64,000 bases of DNA from a bacterium (lineage in GTDB: Bacteria > Patescibacteriota > Patescibacteriia > JACPHY01), in contig JAUSKG010000034.1 in assembly GCA_030647005.1 (NCBI GenBank), positions 4,050 to 68,049 on the forward strand. The letters are read 5' to 3'. Under the pieces are notes generated by a model. That model saw nothing but the letters and a program-made list of their open reading frames with translations. It made no database searches and was not told the origin of the DNA. Positions 9,138 to 17,832 of this stretch are shown here, in pieces; the first letter of the stretch is position 1; each line of letters starts with the position of its first letter. Both the position numbers and the translations under genes were made by a program.

Positions 9138-11423
9138 TTATCGTCGTGGGGGACGCGGGCCGCTCCTGCGGGGGCCGCCACCGGGACCGTGGCGTGGCGG
9201 GCCGCTGTGGCCGCCGGGACGCGGACCACCGCGATCGAATCCGCCAACGGGACGCTCGGGTGCCGGTGGGAAGGTGAACTCCTCGCCGGCGCGCACGGCC
9301 TCCACGATCGAGAGGTTCACGCGGCCCATGTCGTCAATCTCCTTCACCTTCACGGGAACAATGTCGCCGACTTTCACGATATCCTCCACCTTGTTCACGC
9401 GGTACGGCGCGAGCTCGGAGATGTGCACCATGCCGTCGCGACCGGGGAGCACCTCGACGAATGCGCCGAAATCGAGAATCCGGACGACTGGCCCGTGGAA
9501 GATCTCGCCGGCCTCCACCTCACGGGTGAGGTCGCGAATCCACTTCTTCGCGCGCTCCATGCCATCCGCCGTCACCGCGGTGATGAAGATTTGGCCGGAC
9601 TGCTCGATATCAATCTCGCAGCCGGTCTTGTCGATGATCGCGTTGATAACCTTCCCACCTGGGCCAATGACCTCACGGATCTTCTCGGGGTTGATCTGGA
9701 TGGTCTCGACGCGCGGCGCGTACTGCGAGAGCTCTGCACGCGGCGCGGCAATGACCTCCGCCATGCTGTCGAGCACCTGGAATCGCGCTTCGCGTGCCTG
9801 GTCAATCGCCGCGTCACAAATCTCAAGCGCGAGGCCTTTCGTCTTGGTGTCCATCTGTACAGCGGTGATGCCGGCTCGCGTTCCCGCGATCTTGAAGTCC
9901 ATGCCGCCCTTGCCGTCCTCGAGGTCCTGGAGATCGGTGAGAACCTTCCAACGGCCGGTGTCATCGGATGCGAGGCCCATGGCGATGCCGGCGACGGGTG
10001 CCGTGATCGGCACGCCCGCATCCATGAGCGCGAGCGTTGAACCGCACGTGGAGCCCATGGAACTCGATCCGTTCGAGGACATGACCTCAGAGACAACACG
10101 GATGGTGTACGGGAACGACTCCTTCGACGGGATGACCGGCTCGAGCGCACGCTCGGCGAGCGCACCGTGCCCGATGTCGCGCCGACCCGGGCCGCGCATC
10201 GGCCGCGCCTCTCCCACCGAGAACGGCGGGAAGTTGTAGTGGTGCATGTAGCGCTTCTTCATGTCGTACTCCATCGTGTCGAGGATCTGCTCCATGCCAG
10301 GCGAGCCGAGTGTGACGGTCGAAAGCACGTGGGTCTGCCCGCGCTGGAAGAGCCCCGACCCGTGCGTGCGCGGGAGCAGCGCGACCTCCGAGTGGAGCGG
10401 TCGAATTTCGTTGAGCTTGCGGCCGTCAATGCGGTAGCCCTCGTCGAGAATGAGTCCCACGATAACCCGCTCAATGATCGGCTTGACGAGGCGACGGCAC
10501 TGCGGGAGGAGATCCTCGGCGACACCGCGCTCCACGAGATGCGCGTCGAGCTCATCAATGAGGTTCTTCACGAGCGCATTGCGATCTTGCTTGGTCTCCG
10601 CAATACCTGCCTTGAGCACCGTGCGAGCGCGCGCGGTGACGAACGTCTCCGTGACCGCCGCAGCCGCATCGAGGTCCGCCGCACCCGCAGCCGGCACCGG
10701 CAGTACCTTCTCCTTGCCGGCCTCCTCTTGAATCTTCCGCACGAGTGCAACGACGGGGCCAAGGTGCTTCGCGCCAAAACGGATGGCCTCCTTCATGATC
10801 GCCTCCGGAACCTCATTCGCGCCGGCCTCCACCATGATCACCTGCTCTGCAGTTCCGGCGATGACGAGGTCGAGGACGCTCTTGTCGCGCGCCGCGTACG
10901 TGGGGTTGATGACCCACTCCTGCCGCGTCACATCATCGTCCGATGCAATGCGTCCGATGCGAATCCCGCCGATGGGGCCATCCCACGGAATGTCGGAAAT
11001 CGCGAGCGCGATGGATGCCGCGGTGATACCGAGGACATCGGAATCGTTCTCCGCGTCCCAGGAGAGCGTCGAGATGACGACTTGAACATCGTTGCGAATC
11101 CCCTCCGGGAAGAGCGGTCGGATACAGCGATCAATGAGCCGTCCGGCGAGGATCGCCTCGTCCGTCGGCCTCCCCTCACGCTTAATGAAGCGCGATCCCT
11201 TGATTTTCCCCGCCGCGTAGAGCTTCTCCTCAAAGTCCACCATGAGCGGGAAGAAATCAATCCCCTCGCGCGTAGACGGCGAGAGCACCGCAGTCGCGAG
11301 GACAACGGTGTCACCGTAGCGCACGAGGCAGGCACCGTTTGCCTGTCCGGCGAGTTTCCCGAGCTCGACGGTGAGCGTTCGCCCACCCCATGGGAGCTCG
11401 TACGAACGAATCTGGTCAGCCAT
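9138..11423 (-). CDS. pnp: Polyribonucleotide nucleotidyltransferase
   Basis: FFPLMVDFEEKLYAAGKI, RLIDRCIRPLFP, SNGSSSMGS, KH and S1 domains. Confidence 0.98.
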   Translation of the reverse strand: MADQIRSYELPWGGRTLTVELGKLAGQANGACLVRYGDTVVLATAVLSPSTREGIDFFPLMVDFEEKLYAAGKIKGSRFIKREGRPTDEAILAGRLIDRCIRPLFPEGIRNDVQVVISTLSWDAENDSDVLGITAASIALAISDIPWDGPIGGIRIGRIASDDDVTRQEWVINPTYAARDKSVLDLVIAGTAEQVIMVEAGANEVPEAIMKEAIRFGAKHLGPVVALVRKIQEEAGKEKVLPVPAAGAADLDAAAAVTETFVTARARTVLKAGIAETKQDRNALVKNLIDELDAHLVERGVAEDLLPQCRRLVKPIIERVIVGLILDEGYRIDGRKLNEIRPLHSEVALLPRTHGSGLFQRGQTHVLSTVTLGSPGMEQILDTMEYDMKKRYMHHYNFPPFSVGEARPMRGPGRRDIGHGALAERALEPVIPSKESFPYTIRVVSEVMSSNGSSSMGSTCGSTLALMDAGVPITAPVAGIAMGLASDDTGRWKVLTDLQDLEDGKGGMDFKIAGTRAGITAVQMDTKTKGLALEICDAAIDQAREARFQVLDSMAEVIAAPRAELSQYAPRVETIQINPEKIREVIGPGGKVINAIIDKTGCEIDIEQSGQIFITAVTADGMERAKKWIRDLTREVEAGEIFHGPVVRILDFGAFVEVLPGRDGMVHISELAPYRVNKVEDIVKVGDIVPVKVKEIDDMGRVNLSIVEAVRAGEEFTFPPAPERPVGGFDRGGPRPGGHSGPPRHGPGGGPRRSGPRPPRR

Positions 11424-11462
11424 ATACATGGGAGTTGAGCGCGCAATGCCCCTCAACTCATA

Positions 11463-11522
11463 AATGGGCTGACCGATAGACCCGAACACCAGAGGGTGCT
11501 CTCCGTCTAGCGGTCAGCCATT
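11463..11522 (-). promoter_or_regulatory. Long hairpin in pnp leader (putative RNase III/processing stem)
   Basis: AATGGCTGACCG.TAGAC...GTCTA.CGGTCAGCCCATT long stem; second hairpin at 11432-11459. Confidence 0.55.
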
Positions 11523-11533
11523 GATTACAATAC

Positions 11534-12076
11534 TCACGAGGCCGTCTCTCGTCCCGCGGTGGGACGTATCAACCGCCTCCGACCCTTCATGATAACGAAC
11601 TGCTTATCATTGAGGTCTGTGAATCCATCCGCGATGGTCTGCACCTTGCCCGACGTGGTCGGACGGAATCCGCAGACCTCCACGAGCCGTCCCTCGTGCT
11701 GGAGGTACTCGATGAGCGGAATGAAGTCACCATCGCCCGAGCAGAGCACCACGACATCCACGAGGTCCGCGATGCGAATCGCATCCACGGCGATACCGAC
11801 ATCCCAATCCGCCTTCTTCGCGCCGGATGCAAACTCCTGGAGGTCTTTCTCCTTCGCTTCGATGCCGAGGTTCGTGAGCGCATCAAAGAACGCCTGCTCG
11901 GTGCCGGACGAGCCGCGAATGACGTAGGCGATCGCGCGGACGAGCTTGCGTCCAGAGACCGCGGACTCCAGGATGGCCTTGAAGTTCGGGTTGCCGCCGA
12001 ACATGTGCTGCGCAGAGTGGTAGAGGTTCTGCGCATCAATGAACACCGCGACCCGTTGTTCCTCGTGTCTGATCAT
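11534..12076 (-). CDS. NYN domain (LabA/DUF88) protein
   Basis: VFIDAQNL, KADWDVGIAVD, SGDGDF. Confidence 0.95.
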   Translation of the reverse strand: MIRHEEQRVAVFIDAQNLYHSAQHMFGGNPNFKAILESAVSGRKLVRAIAYVIRGSSGTEQAFFDALTNLGIEAKEKDLQEFASGAKKADWDVGIAVDAIRIADLVDVVVLCSGDGDFIPLIEYLQHEGRLVEVCGFRPTTSGKVQTIADGFTDLNDKQFVIMKGRRRLIRPTAGRETAS

Positions 12077-12085
12077 GCGCGTGCG

Positions 12086-12484
12086 TTATGACGCATTGGC
12101 ACCGCGCACTTCCGGAACATTCCGGAGACCTGCGCCGTGCTTGATGGCCTGGTTCATGCGCTTCTTCGTGGCGCCAATGAGCGGCTCGGGTTCTGCACTC
12201 GCCGCTTCGACCGCGCTCTTCGTCTTGAGCTTGAGTCGCTTCGCGAGCTCATCGTGCGCCTCGGGATTCTCACGACCGAGGTACTTGAGGAGCCGACGAC
12301 GCTCCGAGACCTTCTTGAGGAGGCCGCGGCGGGACGAGAAGTCCTTCTTGTGGAGTTTGAGGTGATCCACGAGAAACCGAATCTCCTCCGTGAGGATCGC
12401 AATCTGTACCTGCGGGGAGCCGGTGTCACCCTCGTGCGTCTGGAACTTCTTGATGAGTCGCTCCTTGAACTTCTTGTCAACCAT
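12086..12484 (-). CDS. rpsO: 30S ribosomal protein S15 with C-terminal extension
   Basis: [42 protein letters not shown]. Confidence 0.97.
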   Translation of the reverse strand: MVDKKFKERLIKKFQTHEGDTGSPQVQIAILTEEIRFLVDHLKLHKKDFSSRRGLLKKVSERRRLLKYLGRENPEAHDELAKRLKLKTKSAVEAASAEPEPLIGATKKRMNQAIKHGAGLRNVPEVRGANAS

Positions 12485-12653
12485 AAACCGTGTCGCGAGT
12501 TGCCAAGCACCCGCCAATGGAGCGCGGTGCCGAGCAATCGCCAATGATTATTACCTGCGGCTAGCGTAGCACAGTGTCAGGAAAGAGCAAGAACCGGTAC
12601 GATTCGGTATAATTCCTCTACGACGCATCCTCGGAGCACCCTGCACACGGTGT

Positions 12654-13628
12654 ATGACCATCAAGTCCTTCCCCCTCCAACACGCAGTCCGGCAGTTCCT
12701 TGAGTACTGCGAGGTGGAGCGCGGTCGTGCGCCAGCGACGCTCACGATGTACGGGTTCGTGCTCGATCGATTCCTCGCGTTTGCCGCGAAGCGTGGGGCA
12801 AAATCCACGGAGGACATCACGATGGAGCTCGTGCGGGCCTTCCGCATGTGGCTCCACCGTCGGCCGGGCCGCGCGGCGGAGACGCTCACCATTGGGACAC
12901 AGAACCTCCACCTCGTCATCCTGCGCTCGTTCCTCAAGTTCTGCGTGAAGCGCGACATCGCATCGCTCGCGCCAGAGAAGATCGAGCTCCCCAAACAGAA
13001 CGAGCGGGAAGTGGCGTTCCTGGAGCCCGAGGAAGTAGAACGACTCCTCGCCGCGCCGCTCGCGGACGTGACGGAAGGTACACGGGGCACGGGACGCATC
13101 CTCCGCCTCCGCGATGCTGCGATCCTCGAAGTACTCTTCTCCACCGGCATGCGCGTGGGCGAGCTCGTGCGGGTGGAACGCGATGCCATCAACCTCAAAC
13201 GCGGCGAGTTCGCGGTGCACGGAAAGGGTGGGAAGGTACGCATCGTGTTCCTGTCGGACACCGCGACGGGCGCACTCAAACGCTACCTCGACGCGCGGCG
13301 CGATCCGTCGCCGTTCGTGTTCGTGCGGCACGATCGGGCAGTACGTCGCACGCCGGAGGAAGTGCGGTCACTCTCGGCGCGGAGCGTGGAGCGGCTCGTG
13401 GCGAAGTACGCGAGGGCAGCGGGAATCGTGAAGCACGTCCACCCACATACGCTGCGCCACAGTTTTGCGACGGACCTCCTCCGTGGCGGCGCGCAGCTCC
13501 GCGATGTCCAGGCCATGCTCGGCCACTCCTCCATCACGACGACCCAGATCTACACGCACGTCACCAACCGCCAGCTCCGCGCGGTGCACCAACGCCGCCA
13601 CCGACGACGCGCGACGCCCCGTGATTGA
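12654..13628 (+). CDS. XerC/XerD-family tyrosine recombinase
   Basis: N-terminal SAM-like domain, TGMRVGEL, GKGGKVR, HTLRHSFAT, LGH, TQIYTH. Confidence 0.95.
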   Translation: MTIKSFPLQHAVRQFLEYCEVERGRAPATLTMYGFVLDRFLAFAAKRGAKSTEDITMELVRAFRMWLHRRPGRAAETLTIGTQNLHLVILRSFLKFCVKRDIASLAPEKIELPKQNEREVAFLEPEEVERLLAAPLADVTEGTRGTGRILRLRDAAILEVLFSTGMRVGELVRVERDAINLKRGEFAVHGKGGKVRIVFLSDTATGALKRYLDARRDPSPFVFVRHDRAVRRTPEEVRSLSARSVERLVAKYARAAGIVKHVHPHTLRHSFATDLLRGGAQLRDVQAMLGHSSITTTQIYTHVTNRQLRAVHQRRHRRRATPRD

Positions 13629-13680
13629 CAGGACGCACTGCACCTGCTACCATGGTGACAGCATCTTCCACGGAGGAACC

Positions 13681-14187
13681 ATGCAACTGGAGAAGCAGCT
13701 ACACATCGAGGGAGCCCACTACACCCTTGGGGGCAGAACCGAATATCTCACCATATCCGCCACGCAAAGCGATCACTGGGGGAGTCAGACCACCTCAACG
13801 CTCGTCCTAGACCTCACGACCTCCCTGCGATTTGGGATCCCTTGGAACGCCGGAGGCCTCCCGGACACCATCACGGTGCTGGTAGAACCCGTACCCTACG
13901 AGGGATTTCATGCCTTTCGTGACAGCGGCGGGCATACGAATGAGCTCCTCGCACTCGAACGACTCGTGTGGGAAGAGCTCGTGCAGGACCGCCCAACACT
14001 CCCGCCACACCGCGAGGTTCGTACCAACCGCGTTCTCCACATCGGCACATGGCATGCCAGCGGCGAGCCGCTCCGACTTCCGCGGTACACCCTCGCCCTG
14101 CTTCTCACCCCGAACGAATACCTCGCGTGCAAGAATCAAACACCCGGGACGCACTACCGCATCACGCTATCCCTCGTACACGCGTGA
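13681..14187 (+). CDS. Hypothetical protein, paralog A of tandem pair
   Basis: TTGACA-17-TACCAT promoter (13625-13653), GGAGG RBS, C-term YTLALLLTPNEYLACKNQTPGTHYRITL. Confidence 0.8.
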   Translation: MQLEKQLHIEGAHYTLGGRTEYLTISATQSDHWGSQTTSTLVLDLTTSLRFGIPWNAGGLPDTITVLVEPVPYEGFHAFRDSGGHTNELLALERLVWEELVQDRPTLPPHREVRTNRVLHIGTWHASGEPLRLPRYTLALLLTPNEYLACKNQTPGTHYRITLSLVHA

Positions 14188-14201
14188 GCACCGCACCCGC
14201 A

Positions 14202-14230
14202 GACACCCGCTCCCCTCCGGAGCGGGTGTT
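14202..14230 (+). terminator. 29-bp hairpin, copy 1
   Basis: GACACCCGCTCCCCTCCGGAGCGGGTGTT. Confidence 0.75.
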
Positions 14231-14299
14231 TCCTTGAGGCAGTTGACAGGATACGGTGATCCAGCTACCATGCTCACGGAGTCCTTTCGAGGAGAAAAC

Positions 14300-14755
14300 A
14301 TGGAACTCGCAAAGTACATGACCGTACACTCGGTGGAGTTAGGACAGCACCGGCAAGTCGTTCGACTGGAGCACCCTGAGCTGCCCGATACGCACTCGAT
14401 GCTCATCCACCACCCCGCGCACAGCCACTGCACGCTCCCGGATCACTTCTGGGTCCCGGACCGAAAAGCCCTGGTGACGCTCTCGACCTTCGTCGGCGAG
14501 GCCCCACACCAACGAGGTGCGGGTGGCCGGCACATCCTCGGGCTCAAGAGCATCACCTCTATCCATGCCGTCGAAGAACGCGCGGGTGAGCGCTGGACAC
14601 ACAAGCGCTGGACGATCCACGTCACGACGCTCGCGGGGCAAGAGTTTCCGAACTACACGTTCACGCTCCCGCTCACGGAGGCCGAGTGGTGCTCGTGTCT
14701 CGATCAACCACCGGGGACGTACTACTCTGTAACGATCACCGCGCCGCACCAGTAG
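14300..14755 (+). CDS. Hypothetical protein, paralog B of tandem pair
   Basis: TTGACA-17-TACCAT promoter (14243-14271), GAGGAG RBS, C-term YTFTLPLTEAEWCSCLDQPPGTYYSVTI. Confidence 0.8.
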   Translation: MELAKYMTVHSVELGQHRQVVRLEHPELPDTHSMLIHHPAHSHCTLPDHFWVPDRKALVTLSTFVGEAPHQRGAGGRHILGLKSITSIHAVEERAGERWTHKRWTIHVTTLAGQEFPNYTFTLPLTEAEWCSCLDQPPGTYYSVTITAPHQ

Positions 14756-14767
14756 CAGCTTTACACC

Positions 14768-14796
14768 GACACCCGCTCCCCTCCGGAGCGGGTGTT
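14768..14796 (+). terminator. 29-bp hairpin, copy 2 (identical)
   Basis: Identical to 14202-14230. Confidence 0.75.
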
Positions 14797-14836
14797 GCCA
14801 TTGAACAGTATGTCGTGTATGCTACGGTGATGATGT

Positions 14837-14974
14837 GGTCCATGCCCGTTACCGGCGCATCGTCGCTCCCGCATCTGAACGCGAGCGAGCCGCAGGACGA
14901 GCGGGGGCAGAAGGGCTTTGCCCGACCCCCGCGAAGTCCGGAGACGAGCGACCTTGGCGTAGGGAAAAGAGGCC
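14837..14974 (+). ncRNA. Candidate structured RNA or leader upstream of tRNA pair
   Basis: TTGCCA-17-TATGCT promoter (14795-14823); nested stems GTCGCTC/GAGCGAC, GGAC/GTCC, GCGGGG/CCCCGC, GGGC-TTT-GCCC. Confidence 0.45.
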
Positions 14975-15006
14975 GAGAAAAACCGGGAGGTTTGTCTCGG
15001 AATGTT

Positions 15007-15078
15007 GCCCCCGTAGTTCAATGGATAGAACGCCGGACTTCTAAGCCGGCTATGGGAGTTCGATTCTCTCCGGGGGCA
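15007..15078 (+). tRNA. tRNA-Arg(TCT)
   Basis: GCCCCCG/CGGGGGC acceptor, anticodon loop CTTCTAA, TTCGATT T-loop; CCA not encoded. Confidence 0.95.
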
Positions 15079-15100
15079 TAGGTGACAAGAAACACCGTAC

Positions 15101-15176
15101 GGCGGCCGTAGTTCAATGGTCAGAACACCGGGTTGTGGTCCCGGGGACGGGGGTTCAATTCCCCTCGGCCGCCCCA
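15101..15176 (+). tRNA. tRNA-His(GTG)
   Basis: G-1, GCGGCCG/CGGCCGC acceptor, C discriminator, TTGTGGT loop, encoded CCA. Confidence 0.95.
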
Positions 15177-15211
15177 GCAAACACTCCGACGTAATGTCGG
15201 AGTGTTTGCTG
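15175..15211 (+). terminator. Terminator after tRNAs
   Basis: CAGCAAACACTCCGAC GTAAT GTCGGAGTGTTTGCTG perfect hairpin. Confidence 0.8.
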
Positions 15212-15239
15212 TTGGGCGTATAGAATTTTTTTCCCGTCC

Positions 15240-15430
15240 GTCATTGCGAGTCCGCGAAGTGACGCTCCTGCGTCATCTCGAGTGAGGTTTGACGAGCGAG
15301 AGACCCCACACTATCCATGAACCGTGTGAGATCCTTCGGTCGCAGATGCCCTCAGGACGACATCGGAACGTCGTCTCACCAGCAACAATCCCTTGTATCG
15401 TGTGAGATTGCTTCGCGGACTCGCAATGAC
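15240..15430. mobile_element. Family A palindromic element with nested family B element (15272-15361)
   Basis: Outer GTCATTGCGAG...CTCGCAATGAC; inner GTCATCTCGAG...CTCAGGACGAC. Confidence 0.7.
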
Positions 15431-15695
15431 GACAGAGGAGGTGGGAAGGTATGAGGTGAGCTGGTACAGCGAGCCGAGAGCAATCGGAATAGTACTGTCG
15501 CAAGCACGTCATTCGTCGAGCGAGTGGTAGATGGAGGCCGCGATGACGGAGGAGACCGCTGTGACAAGATGCCACGCCGCAATTTCGATGAGCATAGGTG
15601 ATGTCTCCATCGTAGTGCGGAGGCATGCAAGCGCACCAGTGGATAGCGGAGAAAAAAAGAGTGCACCCCCAACTTACGTTGGGGGTGCGTGGTAC

Positions 15696-17036
15696 TCAGG
15701 GAGACGCAGCATCGCGTGGATGCTGGCGCGTGTGGTCTGCGAGGAACCGCTCGCGGTCGAAGGTCGCGCCGACCCACGTGCAGACCTGCGCGATGTCCTC
15801 GCACGCGATGCCGAGGCAGACGCTCGCGCCCGGGGAGGGGGTGATCTCGTAGATGTCACCGTTCCCGACAATGCGTCCCTCGGCGTTGCTGAGCGCCATG
15901 GCCCGCGTATCAACGAGCTGTGGCCGTATGCCGCCCGCGCCACGCGCCCAGGTGAGGTCGCGCGACCGAAGCGTGGGCACGATCTTCTGCGCGGCGCGAA
16001 GGAAGATGCGCCTACCGAGCACCGGAATGAGCTCGATGGCTGCCATCCGCACGATGAAGGCGATGAGGTCTGGCCGGCAGAGCACCGCGACGTAGGAGAG
16101 GAGACCACGAATACTCCACACGATCGTCCGGAGAAAATCCCACGCGGTCTTGAGGCGGAACCGCTCGAGCACGGGGACCGCGAGCGCCGTGGGACCAAAG
16201 CGCGTCACACGCAGGTCGTGTACTTCTGGATCGCCGTGGATCGCCGCGAACGGGCGGGTGGGGTGCTGCATCGTATACACCTTGCCACGGAGGAGATGCG
16301 GAATGCGCGTCTGGAGGAACCGCCCCCGAATGGGGAGGATCTCGAGGTGCGCCGCGAGGCCCATCTCCTTCGCAAACCGGAGTGCGTGCGCGCCTGCGGC
16401 CACGATGACCGTGCGCGCGTGGATCGTGGCACGGCGCGTCGTGATGCGGAATCCATCCTCCTCGCGCGCGAGCGCGGTCACTGGCGTTGCGCGGAACACG
16501 TCCACCGCCGTCGTACTGCTCTTCCGCGCGAGGCGGACGAACGCCCGCGCGATACTCGCGAAGTCCACGATGTACCCATCGGTGGAGATGATCGCACGGA
16601 TGGCGCAGCGTGGAGAACGTCCCGCAATCACGCGTGGCTCAAACTGCGCGATCTCCTCGCGCCCGATGAGTCGGATGTCGGGGAAGAGATCATGGATGGC
16701 CTCATAGCGCGCGTTGAGCTGCGCGACTTCGTGCGCACCCACGGCGAGGAGCATCTTATGCCCCTTCCGGTACATCGCCGCATGCCCATACCGATCGAGA
16801 AACGCGGCGACGAGCTCTGCGGCATCCCGCACGCGCTCCGTCGTTGCCCGATCGAAGTTGGACTCGATGTCGCCGAAGTGCAGCGTCTGGGAGTTCGTTT
16901 GGGGGCTCGATGCGCCCGTGGCGATATCCTGTTCACGCTCGATGAGCGCGATGCGCTGCATGCTCGTGTAGCGGGATGCGACGTAGATGCTCGCAGTGCC
17001 GGTGTCACCAGCGCCGATGACTGCAAGATCGTACAT
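15696..17036 (-). CDS. FAD-dependent oxidoreductase, malate:quinone oxidoreductase/L-2-hydroxyglutarate oxidase-like
   Basis: YDLAVIGAGDTG, NSQTLHFGDIESN, PFAAIHGDP, GGIRPQ, ITPSPGASVCL; GGAGG RBS. Confidence 0.85.
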   Translation of the reverse strand: MYDLAVIGAGDTGTASIYVASRYTSMQRIALIEREQDIATGASSPQTNSQTLHFGDIESNFDRATTERVRDAAELVAAFLDRYGHAAMYRKGHKMLLAVGAHEVAQLNARYEAIHDLFPDIRLIGREEIAQFEPRVIAGRSPRCAIRAIISTDGYIVDFASIARAFVRLARKSSTTAVDVFRATPVTALAREEDGFRITTRRATIHARTVIVAAGAHALRFAKEMGLAAHLEILPIRGRFLQTRIPHLLRGKVYTMQHPTRPFAAIHGDPEVHDLRVTRFGPTALAVPVLERFRLKTAWDFLRTIVWSIRGLLSYVAVLCRPDLIAFIVRMAAIELIPVLGRRIFLRAAQKIVPTLRSRDLTWARGAGGIRPQLVDTRAMALSNAEGRIVGNGDIYEITPSPGASVCLGIACEDIAQVCTWVGATFDRERFLADHTRQHPRDAASP

Positions 17037-17131
17037 GGCACACTCCTCCTCTGGAGGGACAATCGAAGGAACCATGAACAACGCGGCACCGAGGCCGCTC
17101 GTTCCGATGCTCGCACGGATGTGCGACGCGG

Positions 17132-17776
17132 TCAAGCGCGCGGAAGGTTCACGCGGAAGAGGAGGATCGCGTAGGGCACGAGGGTGACCGCGGCGTAGAA
17201 GACGAGCGACGTGACGGCGAGCACGCGGAGGTCCTGGAGGAACCGCGGGAATGTCCGCTGGTAGCGCATCGAAAAGATCGATACGAGGAGCACGAGCCCG
17301 ATGAGCGCGTAGAGTATGATGAGGGGCGGCGACTCCACCGCCGTCCAGAGCGGACGCCCGTAGGCATGGAGGACGAGCATGAGCGGCGCAGCGATGAGCG
17401 CGGCGAGGTAGCCGCCCACCACCCAGCGCATGCGATCCAGGTGCATCGCGAACACTGCGAGGAGCACGAAGTTCACGAGCGTGTGGTAGAGCCACGAACC
17501 CTCAAACCCGACGAGTGTCGTGTCCACGATATCCAACCGATCGAACAGCCGCGCGGCGACGAGGAACGTCGTCGCGGTATGCACGGTGAAGAAGAGAACC
17601 CACCCGGTTCCGATGGACACGAGATACACAGCGGTCGCGTGCGGCATGACGAGCCCCACGGCGAGCACGAGTGCGCCGATCATGCACATGGTCACGTGTG
17701 CATCGCGCACGAACACGAGTCCAACAAATGCGATGACCGAAAGGAAGATGCCAATGAGGAGACGGACGAGGTGCAT
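17132..17776 (-). CDS. Hypothetical integral membrane protein
   Basis: About 7 hydrophobic segments. Confidence 0.7.
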   Translation of the reverse strand: MHLVRLLIGIFLSVIAFVGLVFVRDAHVTMCMIGALVLAVGLVMPHATAVYLVSIGTGWVLFFTVHTATTFLVAARLFDRLDIVDTTLVGFEGSWLYHTLVNFVLLAVFAMHLDRMRWVVGGYLAALIAAPLMLVLHAYGRPLWTAVESPPLIILYALIGLVLLVSIFSMRYQRTFPRFLQDLRVLAVTSLVFYAAVTLVPYAILLFRVNLPRA

Positions 17777-17832
17777 AGGCCCTCAGTATACCACCTCGAC
17801 ATGGAGCATGGGGTGGCCTATACTGGAGAAAG

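Noticed and set aside
12654-14796. Classical integron
   Set aside because: Recombinase lacks the IntI-specific insertion; hairpins lack RYYYAAC/GTTRRRY ends; cassettes have their own promoters
14837-14974. 5S rRNA or TPP riboswitch
   Set aside because: Only short resemblances (CTCCCGCATCTGAAC; GGCGTAGGGA); overall helices and conserved cores do not match
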